Origin: Neovahlkampfia damariscottae | Lineage: Eukaryota | Reading direction: 5' to 3' | Length of the DNA stretch: 64,000 nt | Assembly (NCBI GenBank): GCA_016618085.1 | Contig: JABLTG010000015.1 | Location: forward strand, 1 to 64,000 | Shown here: positions 25,478 to 36,857 of the stretch, in pieces | Position numbering within the stretch: position 1 is the first letter of the stretch | How the letters are laid out: every line of letters starts with the position of its first letter | The notes under the pieces: model-generated | Told to the model about the DNA's origin: nothing | Databases searched by the model: none | Seen by the model: only the letters and a program-made list of their open reading frames with translations | Made by a program: the position numbers and the translations under genes

Positions 25478-27476
25478 TTATTTTAGTTTCAACCATTTTG
25501 GTTTTTTATTTGAATCTTTTTCTTGATCTTGATTTGGTTTTCTTTCTGTTTTTGGATTTGTAGTCATTTTTTCATTTGATTTTGGTTTTTCTTCTTGTTC
25601 ATTTTTAACGGCATCAGGATGAATCTCATCACCAAACTCTTGACAATAATTAATGATTTCCTTTTTCAATTGAAGTGGTTTATCCTTTTTATCAACTAAT
25701 CCAATATTCAAAATTGCAGCAGGAACTAAATCATTTTGTTTTAGAGTCTTTGATAAATCTTCGTATTTCTTCAAAGGTGGTGATTGATTGAGATAATATT
25801 TTGTTTCTGGTTTTGTAACACAAGCATCAACCAATTGCTTCACACTTTCCATTTTCATTTTTGGTAAGAAAGTTCCTTGAAGAACATATTCTCCAATTCT
25901 AACACGAATTAATGAGTATTCATATTTCTTTTCTTTTTTCTTTGATTCTGTTTCTCTCATTTTTTGGGTCATTAACATTTGTTCTTTTTCTTCAGGTTTA
26001 AGTCCTCCAATTGACTTCAAGTCTTTAAGTGAGAGTTCAAATTTTTCATTTTTCAATTCATCTTTGGTGAAAGCTCCTTTACTTGATCCTTTGAAAACTT
26101 TTATGTCAACTGCATCTAAATCTTGAATTGGAATAATCTTCAAAGAGGTGTCTTTAAATTCTACTTTTGTTGGTTTTTCCTGTTGATTTTTAGGTTCTAG
26201 TTTTTGTTTTTCAATGATTTGTTCTTTTGTTTCTTCTTTTGAATTGTGAGTTGAAGTTGTGGCAGGAACAAGGGTTTGGGTTGGATTTCCTTCTTTTTTT
26301 AAATTTTCAATTTCTTTTAAAATTCTTTTACAATCTCCAAAACTACTGATTCCTAAATCTTCTTTCAATTCACTCTTTGTTAATTCTTTTATAATTTCAA
26401 AATCATTAACATCATTTTCCAAGAAATTTGAAATATATTTTGATAGTCCTATTTTATTTAACCATTCTTCAACACCCAATGGTTTTGTTTCTGTTGTTTT
26501 TATTGTTGCTGTATTTACAGGTTTTGTTGCAGTTTCCATAATAGGTTCTTCTTCAATGTCCATTGTATCTAATTTAACTGGTTCTTTTTTGCTTTCAATA
26601 ATAGGTTTTGGTTGTTCTGGCACAACTTTTTCTTCTTCCATAGGATCAGTTTTTTCTTCTTTTCTTGGTGAAACGATTTTCTCTTCAATTTTAACTTCTT
26701 CAGAAAATGGTTTGGTATCAACTTTTGGAGTTTCAAGCACAACTACAACATCTGTTTTTCTTGGTGAAAACTTCTGTAATTTATCTGAAAAATTTTTCAT
26801 CTCTTTTTCAACTGCTTCTTTTGTTTTATCTGTTTCAGTGTATTGCATTCTAAGAATGGATTTATCTCTAGATGATATTCCAATACTTTTGAGAGTTGTA
26901 GTTGACAAAGTTTCCAATCCTCTGTACTAATAAAGAAACATGTTAAAAAAAATTTTTCAAACTGGTTTATTCATATGTACTACATATCCTTCATGATATT
27001 TTATCGATTTCTTCAAGAAAGATTTCTTTTCAACGAAAATACCAAAGATACTTTTATTTAACTTCTTTTCCCTGATAACAAAAAATTAATTTTTTTTTTT
27101 TTTTTTCATACCAAAATTGAATGACTTCAAAAAGTGTTAAATCAATTTCAAATGAGTCTTGATGTTTTCCAGATTCTCCAAGATCAATGGCAACCACAGC
27201 GATAGTCGAAACTTCTTTTCCTTTTTTCGTTTTCGCAATTTCAAGAGTTGAATTATTTCCAATTTTCAACATACGCAATGATAAAGACATATCTAAAACT
27301 TTTCCTCTTGAATCTTTTAAACAATATTTATTTGAATCAAGTTCGTTTTTTTTACAAAAATTGTAATAGACTTTCGAGAGAATTTCATTTTCTTCAACCT
27401 TGAAGATATTTCTTTTACTCAAGCCTATCAGTTTCAGAGTTTTTTTTTTCTCACCTGTTATCGTTATTTGGACCAT
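25478..27476 (-). CDS. ASPSCR1: TUG/ASPSCR1-like UBX protein with an inserted SAM domain
   Basis: N-terminal UBL (LDMSLSLRMLKIGNNSTLE), MLMTQKMRE, IRVRIGEYVLQGTF, LVPAAIL and C-terminal KPKWLKL. Three introns. Confidence 0.8.
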
Positions 27477-27628
27477 CAAGTTTGTTTGTTTTTATTTTTA
27501 GATTTTTTTTGCACCAATCATGAGTCTTTATAAAGACGGGTAAAAAATAAAATGAAGGAACAATCTGTTCCAAGAAAAACAATCAACCTGTTGAAAATGA
27601 AAAATTTGTTTTTTTTTATTCAAAATGA

Positions 27629-28882
27629 TTATAACTTCAAATTAATTAAACTTTCTTCGTTTTCAATTCCTAATTTCAATGGTAATCCATAATATCCAAC
27701 ACCTTTATTCACATATAGTAAATTTTGAGCATCTTTACAATTTTGTTTAACAATTTTTAATTTTTCATCCAAACACCAAATTCCTTGATCTGGAAAAGTT
27801 GGTAAAAATAAATTTGTAAATGTTAAAAAACTAAATTCACCATAACCAACTTGACCTCCATGTAAATGTCCTGAAAAAACAATAGTCTTTGTTTGATTTT
27901 CTTTTTTAACATATTTAAAATGTCTTGGGTTATGTAATAAAACTATACGATAATCTACGTTTGGTTTTTTATCAAACAGATGTTGATGTGTTTGAAAATG
28001 ATTTTCTGCTGTATTTTCCCATACATAATCCATTCCAACTATATGCACTTGAGCAACATGTGTTTTCAAAATTAAATCTTCGTCAACAAGTAACTTAACA
28101 TCTAAGTCTTGTAATTGTTCTTTTAAATGAGCAATTTCGTGGTCATGATTTCCTAAACAAGCGAATACTTTTCCTTTAAGTTTCTTTAACGGTTCTAATC
28201 CATCGTAGACAGCTCTGTGCTCATTATGAGCTTCAATTGTATAAAAATCACCTGTTAACAGAACAATATCAGGTTTTAATTCAATTGTTTTTTCTGCTAT
28301 TTTTCTTAATCTTTCAACAGACATGAATTGTCCAAGATGTGGATCTGCAATTTGAACAATTTTCAAAGGTTTTTGAAACTTGTTTCCGACATTAATATCA
28401 ACAACAGAATCATAACCAACACTTGAATTGTATACTCCAAAAGTAGCAACTAAAAAAACAACAAGTGAAATTCTTTGAATAGTAAACACTTTTGAACTAA
28501 TTTTGTTCAAAAGGAAAAAACTAACAGTTTGAAATATTAAACATGTTTGAAACCATGATGATGGTATCGTGATGAGAACTCTAAACCAAAAAGGTCTTAA
28601 AAAACCGACAAAATTTGAATAAGACTGAATACAAGTAACAATATGAAGGTAAAAATAAATATAAACCGGTAAAATTGGAAAGTTTTGTTTTTGAACAACA
28701 TAGTATGACATTAAGTAGTAAAGTAAACTGAGAGTAGACATAACAAAGGTCAAACCCCAACTAAACTTGGAACTTGGAACTTGAATGTTTGCGTAGTTAA
28801 ATCCTCTAAAATAAATAGCCATAGCTACCGTTATAAAAAAAAGAAAAACTGTAAGCTTCGTAAAGTCTTCCTTCAACTTCAT
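27629..28882 (-). CDS. Transmembrane metallophosphoesterase (YkuE/TMPPE family)
   Basis: DPHLG, LTGDF, LGNHD, LLHNP and SGHLHGGQ motifs after N-terminal TM helices; intronless. Confidence 0.9.
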   Translation of the reverse strand: MKLKEDFTKLTVFLFFITVAMAIYFRGFNYANIQVPSSKFSWGLTFVMSTLSLLYYLMSYYVVQKQNFPILPVYIYFYLHIVTCIQSYSNFVGFLRPFWFRVLITIPSSWFQTCLIFQTVSFFLLNKISSKVFTIQRISLVVFLVATFGVYNSSVGYDSVVDINVGNKFQKPLKIVQIADPHLGQFMSVERLRKIAEKTIELKPDIVLLTGDFYTIEAHNEHRAVYDGLEPLKKLKGKVFACLGNHDHEIAHLKEQLQDLDVKLLVDEDLILKTHVAQVHIVGMDYVWENTAENHFQTHQHLFDKKPNVDYRIVLLHNPRHFKYVKKENQTKTIVFSGHLHGGQVGYGEFSFLTFTNLFLPTFPDQGIWCLDEKLKIVKQNCKDAQNLLYVNKGVGYYGLPLKLGIENEESLINLKL

Positions 28883-28962
28883 TTTTTCATTTACCAATCA
28901 AAAAGGTGAATCTCCGTTTTTAATCTTCAAATTCAGTCTGGGGTTCGAAGCTTGAATTTTTA

Positions 28963-30328
28963 TTATTTTTTTTTTAATTCAAATCCTTTTAATGATCTTG
29001 GTGTCATGAATTTTTTGACATCATCATCTGTAACCAATTTTCTTCTTTCTTGATGTTCTCCAACTAATTTTTGTAAAACTTCAATGAGAATCTTTTTCAC
29101 TTCTCCGGTCAACAATTTTCCAGATCCATAGTCATTTTTGATTTGTTCTAATTTTTCATCGTCTTCCAAGAAGAAGGTAAGATATTGATAAGTGACGTCA
29201 ACTTTCAAATCAGCACCAAATTCACGATGTTCTTCAATTGTGGTTTTACCTCCTGAAAAAGCGTGTTTGTTAATTTTTGTTTTAATTTGTTTTGGTGTAT
29301 CTGTTAAGAAAATTGAGCTTGTATCTACTGATGAACTCATTTTTGATTTTGCTCCTAAAATTTTTTTTTAATTTTTTTTTTTTAAAAAACCTTGTAAAGC
29401 TGGGAAAAATTTTGCATGAATTAAGGCAGGTTTTGGATAATGTAAACGAGCAGCTACATCTCTTGTCATTCTAAAATATGGATCTTGATCAATAGCACAA
29501 GGAATAAGGCAATGAACATCAGATCTATCACCAAAAATATGAGGAAATGAATTACTAAAAGAAGGAGCGGCTTGAACAGCAGGAAATCCATATTTACCAA
29601 TATTATCTGAGTTTTGAAATCCAAAAATACCTTTTACTTGACTTGTAGTGACAAATTTTTGAATTTTTAAAACATTTGGATACATGTGCCTTTAATAAAA
29701 ATAAGAAAAAAAAAAAAAGTTTCATACTGAATATAATCAAGGTCAGAAAAGATAAAAGTATTTTCTGGATCAAATCCACAAGCAATAATATCTTTTGCAT
29801 TTTCATAAGCTAAACTGTGACATTTTTCAAGTGATAAATCTTTGAATAAAAATTTTTCATCATCTGTTAATTGGATAACTAAAGGTACTCCAAAAGCCTC
29901 TATTAAAAAATTTAACAATATTAAACAAAAAAAGAACCTTGTAAGTATTTTGTGAACAAAAATGGAATCAAGTGACCAAGATGCATACTTTCAGAACTAG
30001 GACCACGTCCTGTATACAAATAAAAAGGTTTTTGTTTTTCAAAATCATCCAAAATTAAATTCATTTCACGATGAGAAAAGAAAATACCTCGACGAATAAA
30101 GTGATGTGCTTTTTGGTCTGAAAAAAATAAAAATGAATTTTTGAAGTGACACTTACTTGTGAGTTTTTCAATTCTTTCAATTAATTTTTGGTCAATAGCT
30201 TGACTTCCAAATTTAACAATTAACTTGTCATAGTCAATTCCTGTATTATCTTTTGCTTCTACTTTCTCCATAGTTACAATATCTTCATCTTCAACTTTCT
30301 TTTCTACTTTTTTTTCAACTTCTGACAT
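28963..30328 (-). CDS. WARS1: Cytosolic tryptophanyl-tRNA synthetase
   Basis: [27 protein letters not shown] and KMSSS motifs. Four GT-AG introns (e.g. 30118-30156, 29900-29937). Confidence 0.97.
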
Positions 30329-30450
30329 TGTGAAGTAACGAAACTGTTTGTAATAATTCACCAATCGCAGCCGTCGAATTTGAAGCATTTTTACTGGTTC
30401 ATTTTGCAAAATCTAATTCAATTTAAAAAATGAAATCAACATCAAAATTT

Positions 30451-32403
30451 TTATTCTTCTTCCATTTCATCTGATAAATCACCTTCATCTTCTGGAAATT
30501 CTAAATCACTTGCGCTATCATCATCAGGGTTCCCAAAACCACCTTTGTCTTCATCTAGATCAGAGTCATCTTCATCATCATCATCACCATAGATATTTAA
30601 ACTTGCTTCTTTTATTTGTAAATCATCTTCTAATTGTAAAGGTTCATCATCAGTTGAAGATTCAATATTTGTATCAACATCGTCTGCATCACCATCCAAA
30701 CCAATCATTTTATGTCCAGCCTAAAGATTAAAAATAAAAGATAATATTACCAATCCTAAAACTAAATCAAGTCTTCCTGATAAATCTAAAAGAGATGTAT
30801 ATGTTTCTAATTTTGAATTTAATGAATGATAAAGAGGTGAAAGTTTTTTTAGTATATTTGGGTGTGACATGATTGTTGATGCATGATAAAGTAAAATTGA
30901 TCTTGTCCATTTGACTAAAGATGAACTTGAAATATTTTGATTTTGATAAGCTTCTAATGAAACATCCAATAATGTAATTGATAATTTTGATGGTAATAAT
31001 GAAACCTAAAATGGTTTAATGAATTAATTGAAATCAATACTGTTTCTTTAATCAATTCTTCATTGTTTTGTTCTAAACAATTAATAATGACTGGTTTGTC
31101 ATTGAATTTCAACGCATGGGAAAGTGTAGGAGCAATAGATACTTTTGGAATATCATTTTCTTTGAATGTAATATCAATGTCTTCAATTTTATCATCATAT
31201 GTATCTTCCATTTGATGCCCATTTTGTTTTGAACCAAGTACAGATTTAAATCTTGCTTCTTCAGATTCCATATTGATAGAACCTAAAATTGTTGCTTTAT
31301 CATCAAATGTAGGTGCTTCTTTTTCAACAATTTTTTTTGATACTTTAATGGATTTAATGACTTTTTCGTCTTCAAGAAATTCCTAACAAATAAAAATTTA
31401 AATTTTAAATATTTTACAATTTCTTCAAAAAATGGATTTAAATTTGAACCAGTTGCTATTAAAATTGTATTTTTGTCCTTTGAAAATTTTGCGCTTAAAA
31501 TCAAACCTTTTTCTTTGATGATTTTTCCATCTGACTTCAATCCTTTTTTTCCGAATTTTGTCAATCTCCAGAGTAAACAAACACCCTTGTGAGTCAATGC
31601 TAAAACGTCTACAATTCCATTTTTAACTCTAATATCCACACATGATGGATAGTCTTCCAATGATAAGATTTGAATTGGATTCATCTTTTTAGAAAGTGAA
31701 TCAAGAGAAAATAAATTCATAAAGTTATCTTTTGCAGCTGTTAAAATTAAATCACCTGAAGAAGCAAATAAAAATCCTTCTGATGAATGTCCTTGTAATT
31801 CAGATGTTTTCTTTCTAGATGTTTTTTCAAAAAGTGTTGTAAAATTTGAAGTACCCACTACAAAGTATTTTTCTAATGATTTCACACCTCCAATTTGATT
31901 TTCTTTTCCAATTTTTAATTTTCTTTTTTTTTGTGTTAATTTTCTTTTTTTTTTTCTTACTGGATTGATGAAGCTTCCTCTGAAACAAAAAAGGTTCCAA
32001 CGAGATTTTTTGTTGAAACTAATAAATTAGAAGCATCAGAAAAATCTACAAATGTCTCTTTTGCATCACCTGTTTCAAGTTGACATAACAAATCTCCTTT
32101 TGTTATATTCCAAACAACGATTTTGCCGTTTGATGTTCCACAAGCAACAAAAATAGCTCCTTTTGATTTTTTTTTATTCTTTTTGACTTGTTTCTATTTA
32201 ATTGTTGTTTAAAAATTCAAAATTTTTTTTACTGTTGGACTGAAAGAAATAGATGTGAATGTTGTTGAAAGATTAAATGGTAAAACAAAGTCTTGTAATT
32301 TTTCGTTTGTTTTTGTATCAAATATTAAAATATGATTGTTATCTGTTATTGTACCAAAAAATTCATCTGAAGAGTGCCATGCAAATTGTTGAGTGTTGTT
32401 CAT
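30451..32403 (-). CDS. WDR43: U3 snoRNP WD40 protein WDR43/UTP5
   Basis: WD repeats, a Utp12-like domain (LVKWTRSILLYHASTIM...LLDLSGRLDLV) and an acidic tail. Several short introns. Confidence 0.8.
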
Positions 32404-32637
32404 GTTCGAATTGGTATCAACGTAGGATTTGATTGGTGGAAAATTTCCTTTTGAAAATTTTTTTCTCATGTTTGGTTGTCTTCTTGAGATTTTGGGCATT
32501 CAATTATTATTAGTTGACTTTAAATCCATTTCAGAAATCAGAAAAATCTGAACAGTATGGATATACTAAAAATTTTATTTATCACATCATGAAGATTTTT
32601 TGAATGTTCTTGTGGAACTAAATTTAAACAAGATTTA

Positions 32638-33705
32638 TTATCTGAAATTGAATGCCAAATCCAAAAATTGATGTCTAGTTTTTTGTGTGAAATGAATTTT
32701 AACAAGAAAATCAAAAATATCAAATCCATCTTCTAAAAGAACTGAAAAATCAATTCCTTCATTCATTAATTCTAAAATGAAATTTTCAATATTTTTCATT
32801 GGAATTTTTTCATAATTTTCTTTTTTGATGTATCCCAATGCCAAAACTTTTTTCATAAAATTGTCAAAAACATTTTCAAATTCATTTAGTGTAATGTTCA
32901 TAAATCTCATTTCTTCTTGTTTGATAGAGAATGTACAATGATTTACAATCATCTGAAATGACTTGAAAAATCAAAAAAAAATAAAATTCATCAAACCTGA
33001 AAAATATACAATGCTCCTCTTTTGAATTTTTTCATTCCAATCTTGTTCTGAGATTTATTGAATGTTTTATTTGATAAATATCTTAACACACATCTGAGAA
33101 AGAACATTACAGATAAAGTTTCAATTCCATCATTATTGAAAAAATGAAGAATGGCCAAAATTTCATTTGGAATTGCGTTCAAAATTTGATCACTTGTCAC
33201 TAATTTTATGAATTCCTTTGTACAATTCATCAAATTATTCCTATTAGTTTCGAGTACAAACTGTAAATCCTGTTGAGTGATCATTGGATAGTTATACTCA
33301 ATTTTCCTTTTCCTTTTATAACATAATTATTTTTTTACCATTTATTAATTTCAAAATCCTTATTACTCATCATGGAGCACAATTTCTCCCATAAAATTTC
33401 CAGAAAATCTTCCATTTTTTTATGTTTAAAAAATTTCCAGATTAACTGATTTGTTGTCGTATTTTTTCGATACATGGAAGCTTGTGTTGAGTTTTTAATT
33501 TCCAAAGAACGATAGAAGTTCATGATCTTTTCTAAAAAATCGATTTCTTTTGGAATCACTGAGAAAAACAAATCAATATTTTCTTCAGAAACATGTACTT
33601 TAGTATAAATTCTTCAAATTAAAATTTTAGTTCTTTTTACTTTTCTGAAAGGAGGACGCCATTAAAAAAAACATTTTTCAAATTTTCATCTTCGTTTTGA
33701 TGCAT
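32638..33705 (-). CDS. Divergent RasGAP-domain protein
   Basis: ATG at 33705 with three introns gives a continuous frame. SMYRKNTTT resembles the arginine-finger FR motif, and MFFLRCV resembles the FLR motif. Confidence 0.55.
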
Positions 33706-33764
33706 AGAGGGTATCCGGCCAATCACCTTGTGTTATGTTGGACTGAGAGAAAGGAGAAATACAT

Positions 33765-34296
33765 TTGAGTACAACAATAAAAGAACACATAAATCATGGC
33801 TTGAACTCAGAATATGATGACAAAATTTGTGTTGAGCATTTGGATGTCAAAAACTTGAAAGTTGAAGAATCAATTCCGACAGAACGAAAATGGAAATTGA
33901 CTTTTCATCAAATTTTTGTATTTTTAGGATTATTTATTTCATATTCATCAATTTATTGCTTTCATCCTTTCATTTCAGTTTCTACACCTCTACTTATTCA
34001 ATCAGGAATTATTTCGCTTCAACCCATTTCTCTCATTGTCCTTGTATCAAAGATTTCGAGACTCATTCCTCAAATTTTAATGGGAGGTTTTCTTGATATA
34101 TTTGGAGCAAAATTAATTTATGTTTTTTCACATGCTGTCATTGCTGTATCTTTGTTGCTATGTGGAATTCAAACAACAAATCATCAATTCATTTGGATCT
34201 TTCTTTTGACGGTACTTGGTGGGATAGGTTCAACAGTACCATGACTTGGACTTCTTAAAATTTGTACAAATTGGTTTGACTACAGTAGTATTGGAA
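33765..34296 (+). pseudogene. Truncated MFS transporter (OPA-like) pseudogene
   Basis: TTG at the expected start, GGFLDIFGAK (MFS motif A) and in-frame TGA at 34242 where P-W is expected. The frame continues LGLLKICTNWFD and then breaks into C-rich non-coding DNA after about 4 TM helices. Confidence 0.75.
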
Positions 34297-34594
34297 CATT
34301 CCCCAGCGCAAAATTAAAAACTCCGTTTGCCTTGCCCACCAACTCGAGCAAAAACCTGCATTTCCCGTTTATTTTTGACCTCTCCCCCTACTCCCAAATG
34401 CAAAAAAATACTCACCTTTTCCGATTTAAAGCACCTTTTTGAATTCAACTTTTTTTACAACTTTTTGGTCAAAATGAATTACAAAATTATTGTAAATATA
34501 AATTATTAAACCCAATGTAGACATTTTGGACGCACATTATTTAATGCAACTATATGCTCACGTTCCCCGATTTACACCACCTTTTTTATACAAG

Positions 34595-34667
34595 AAAAGT
34601 CGTGTTTTTACGTGTAACGCAACACTTCAAATAGAAACGTGACACTTTCAATTGAAACATGAGTTTT
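34595..34667 (+). repeat. Dispersed direct repeat, copy 1 (pairs with 36726-36798)
   Basis: Hand alignment gives 58 of 73 identical columns; shared core AACACTTCA...GAAACRTGACACTTTYAATTRAAACATG. Confidence 0.85.
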
Positions 34668-34767
34668 CCAGTAAATAAAAATTTTGTGCTTAATTTTTGG
34701 TCTTTTTGTACTTTCTAATTGTTATATTATTTTACAACAAGAATTCTGCCAATAGCAACAGACTGAG

Positions 34768-35378
34768 ATGAACATCCAACAAAATAAATATGAAAAGTTT
34801 GATATAGAAGAACCAAAAAAAATTATAATAATTCAAAAACCAAAACAAGACAATTGTTGTGATTGTTGTTGTGGTTTTTGTTGTTATTATTTTTGCGTGT
34901 TAATATTTTTATTTTGTGCATGCTTATTTCTTATTGCTGGCTTTGTTTTTTCACCTTTTATTCTCAGAAATGGTATTGATACTCACTTTAAAGATTATAA
35001 AGTTAATGGATTTACTATTTCACTTAGACCTCCTGATATCAAAATACTTTTGGATACGTATTTTTCAATCAAAAATAATGGATATTTCACTTGGAATTTA
35101 GACTCAACGTCTTATACTATTTATTTTGAGTCAGAAAAACTTTTGAGTTCTGCAAAACAAGGAAGAAAACTGGAATTATCACCTAATGGAGTTGAAGAAT
35201 TAACTTTAAAGGTGACTTTAGACCTCAATGATATCAGTTATGAACTTTTGCAAAAAATTTATGATCAATACCAACTTACTGGAAATTAACGTTCATGATT
35301 GAAGGAAACTTTGAATTCTCTTCAAGTTTCTTGAAGTTGCCAACAATGGTCAGCTCTAAAGATGTGACCGTTCCATAA
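34768..35378 (+). CDS. Cys-rich single-TM LEA_2/WHy-domain protein with a 1-nt frameshift near 35285
   Basis: CCDCCCGFCC plus a TM helix, then FSIKNNGYF. Adding one A at GGAAAT gives GKLTFMIEGNFEF...VP-stop at 35378. Confidence 0.6.
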
Positions 35379-35612
35379 TTAATCTTTTTGAATAAATTTA
35401 CAAGAAAATAAATTTCTTAAATTTGGATTTTTAATTTAATATTATTCTTGCATTGAAAAATATTAGAATTTTATGAATAAACAATGACAAATCTCAGTTT
35501 CAAGTTCTCATAGTTTTTCGCATCCCTCATTTTGGTTCACTATAATATTACTTTATCAAACAATGCAATAGTTTTGTTATTATTTAAACAAAGGGCGGAT
35601 TAGATTCAAACA

Positions 35613-36251
35613 ATGAAACATTATTTTGCAGTTGATGTTGAGACCACTGGTCAATATATGAACAAAAATGCAATGATTGCATTTGGTTGCACTGTTATGG
35701 ACCAAGATATGAAAGAAGTGGATAATTTTGTGACATTCATGTCAATTCCAAATGAAAGAATCTGGGAGGAAAGATGTGTCAATGAGTTTTGGTCCAAACA
35801 AAAAGAAACATTGGAACATATTGAAAAACATATGAAAGAACCAAAAGAAGAAATGGAACGTTTTTCAAAGTGTATAGATGAAATAGATTTAAGATATGGA
35901 AGTAATTTAGTTGTACTAAGTGATTTTTGTGCTTATGATATTGCTTGGATTAACAATTATTTAGAATTTTTCACAAACAGATATTCACTTTATTATATGT
36001 TAGCACCAAATGAACACCAAAAAGGAAAAGAAAAAATTTATTGGTTTCGGAGAATATGGGACACAAATTCTGCATATCATGGAGCACTAACAATACTTCA
36101 TCCAAATGAACATCATGAGTGGAATTTGGAAAAAAAACTAGGAATTCAAAATGAAAGGTGGGAAAATGATCCCAATCCTTTGAATGATGCCAGAAATATT
36201 GCTTCAAATTTTATTTTATTTTTGAAAAAAAACAAAAAAATGAATGAATAA
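35613..36251 (+). CDS. DEDDh (DnaQ-like / RNase AS-like) 3'-5' exonuclease, intronless
   Basis: ExoI AVDVETTG, ExoII SDFCAYDIAWI, IWDTNS and ExoIII-like NDPNPLNDA. Confidence 0.85.
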   Translation: MKHYFAVDVETTGQYMNKNAMIAFGCTVMDQDMKEVDNFVTFMSIPNERIWEERCVNEFWSKQKETLEHIEKHMKEPKEEMERFSKCIDEIDLRYGSNLVVLSDFCAYDIAWINNYLEFFTNRYSLYYMLAPNEHQKGKEKIYWFRRIWDTNSAYHGALTILHPNEHHEWNLEKKLGIQNERWENDPNPLNDARNIASNFILFLKKNKKMNE

Positions 36252-36329
36252 AGAACTAAACTTCAACATGGTGCCTTATGTGTTTGTTCCTTCTTTTTAA
36301 AAATTAAACATATCAAGTTACTTATTTCA

Positions 36330-36720
36330 AACAACGCAATTTATTTATAGAAACTGGACTTAGTTGATTGAAACCCTACTTGGTTGGTATAACCGGACTT
36401 AGTTGGAATAAAGTACCACTATTCAGAAAAACATCACTTAGTTGGTTGAAACACCCTACTTCAAATGGAAAACCAAGGTTTATTTGTATACCGTGACTAA
36501 TTACGTAGGAGTCTTATTAAGACTCTTGGACAATTCGTCACGTTATGATAATAAACTTTAGTTTCCAACTTGAAGTGTCGTGTTTTAAATAAACAAGTCG
36601 TGGTTTCAATAATAACATCTCTAATTAGACAACAAGTGGTGTTATTCACAACAAGTATAATTAAGCAATAAGTGGTGTTTTTAAGCAATAAGTATTGTTA
36701 CTCACAATAAGTTATTTATT
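36330..36720. repeat. Imperfect foldback palindrome centred at 36517 with about 20-bp sub-repeats
   Basis: GAGTCTTA-T-TAAGACTC core (36509-36525) and CGTGAC/GTCACG symmetric at 36492/36542. Arms align for at least 80 bp, with ACTTAGTTG units on the left and CAA(C/T)AAGT units on the right. Confidence 0.85.
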
Positions 36721-36725
36721 GCATA

Positions 36726-36798
36726 AAAAGTCATGCTAATACAAATAACGAAACACTTCAGTTTGAAACATGACACTTTTAATTAAAACATGGAGTTT
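36726..36798 (+). repeat. Dispersed direct repeat, copy 2 (pairs with 34595-34667)
   Basis: Same hand alignment as copy 1. Confidence 0.85.
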
Positions 36799-36857
36799 GA
36801 AGGAAAAGAAAATTTATTCTTCGATTCTTTGCTTCTTTTGACTGTTCAATTTAATAT

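Larger units (their letters stand above)
34297..36800. mobile_element. Putative non-autonomous mobile or inserted segment; no transposase seen; may extend to about 37940
   Basis: Abrupt truncation of the MFS gene, C-skewed left end, 73-bp direct repeats, foldback palindrome and intronless cargo genes. Confidence 0.45.

Noticed and set aside
26259..26930. 223-aa plus-strand ORF and the many other short antisense or overlapping ORFs in the track
   Set aside because: These are shadows of real genes on the opposite strand or frame, with no motifs and mostly non-ATG starts.
33571..33705. RasGAP-like gene as a pseudogene lacking a start
   Set aside because: ATG 33705 plus a phase-2 intron gives an open frame.
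34242..34244. UGA reassigned to Trp (in-frame TGA at Trp-like positions at 34242 and 62369)
   Set aside because: Intact genes use TGG for Trp and several end in TGA (4317, 12527, 17124, 53199). Both cases lie in truncated gene fragments, so nonsense mutation is the simpler explanation.
36330..36720. CRISPR array
   Set aside because: The units are degenerate, about 20 bp, lack unique spacers and invert around a centre. The context is eukaryotic and has no cas genes.
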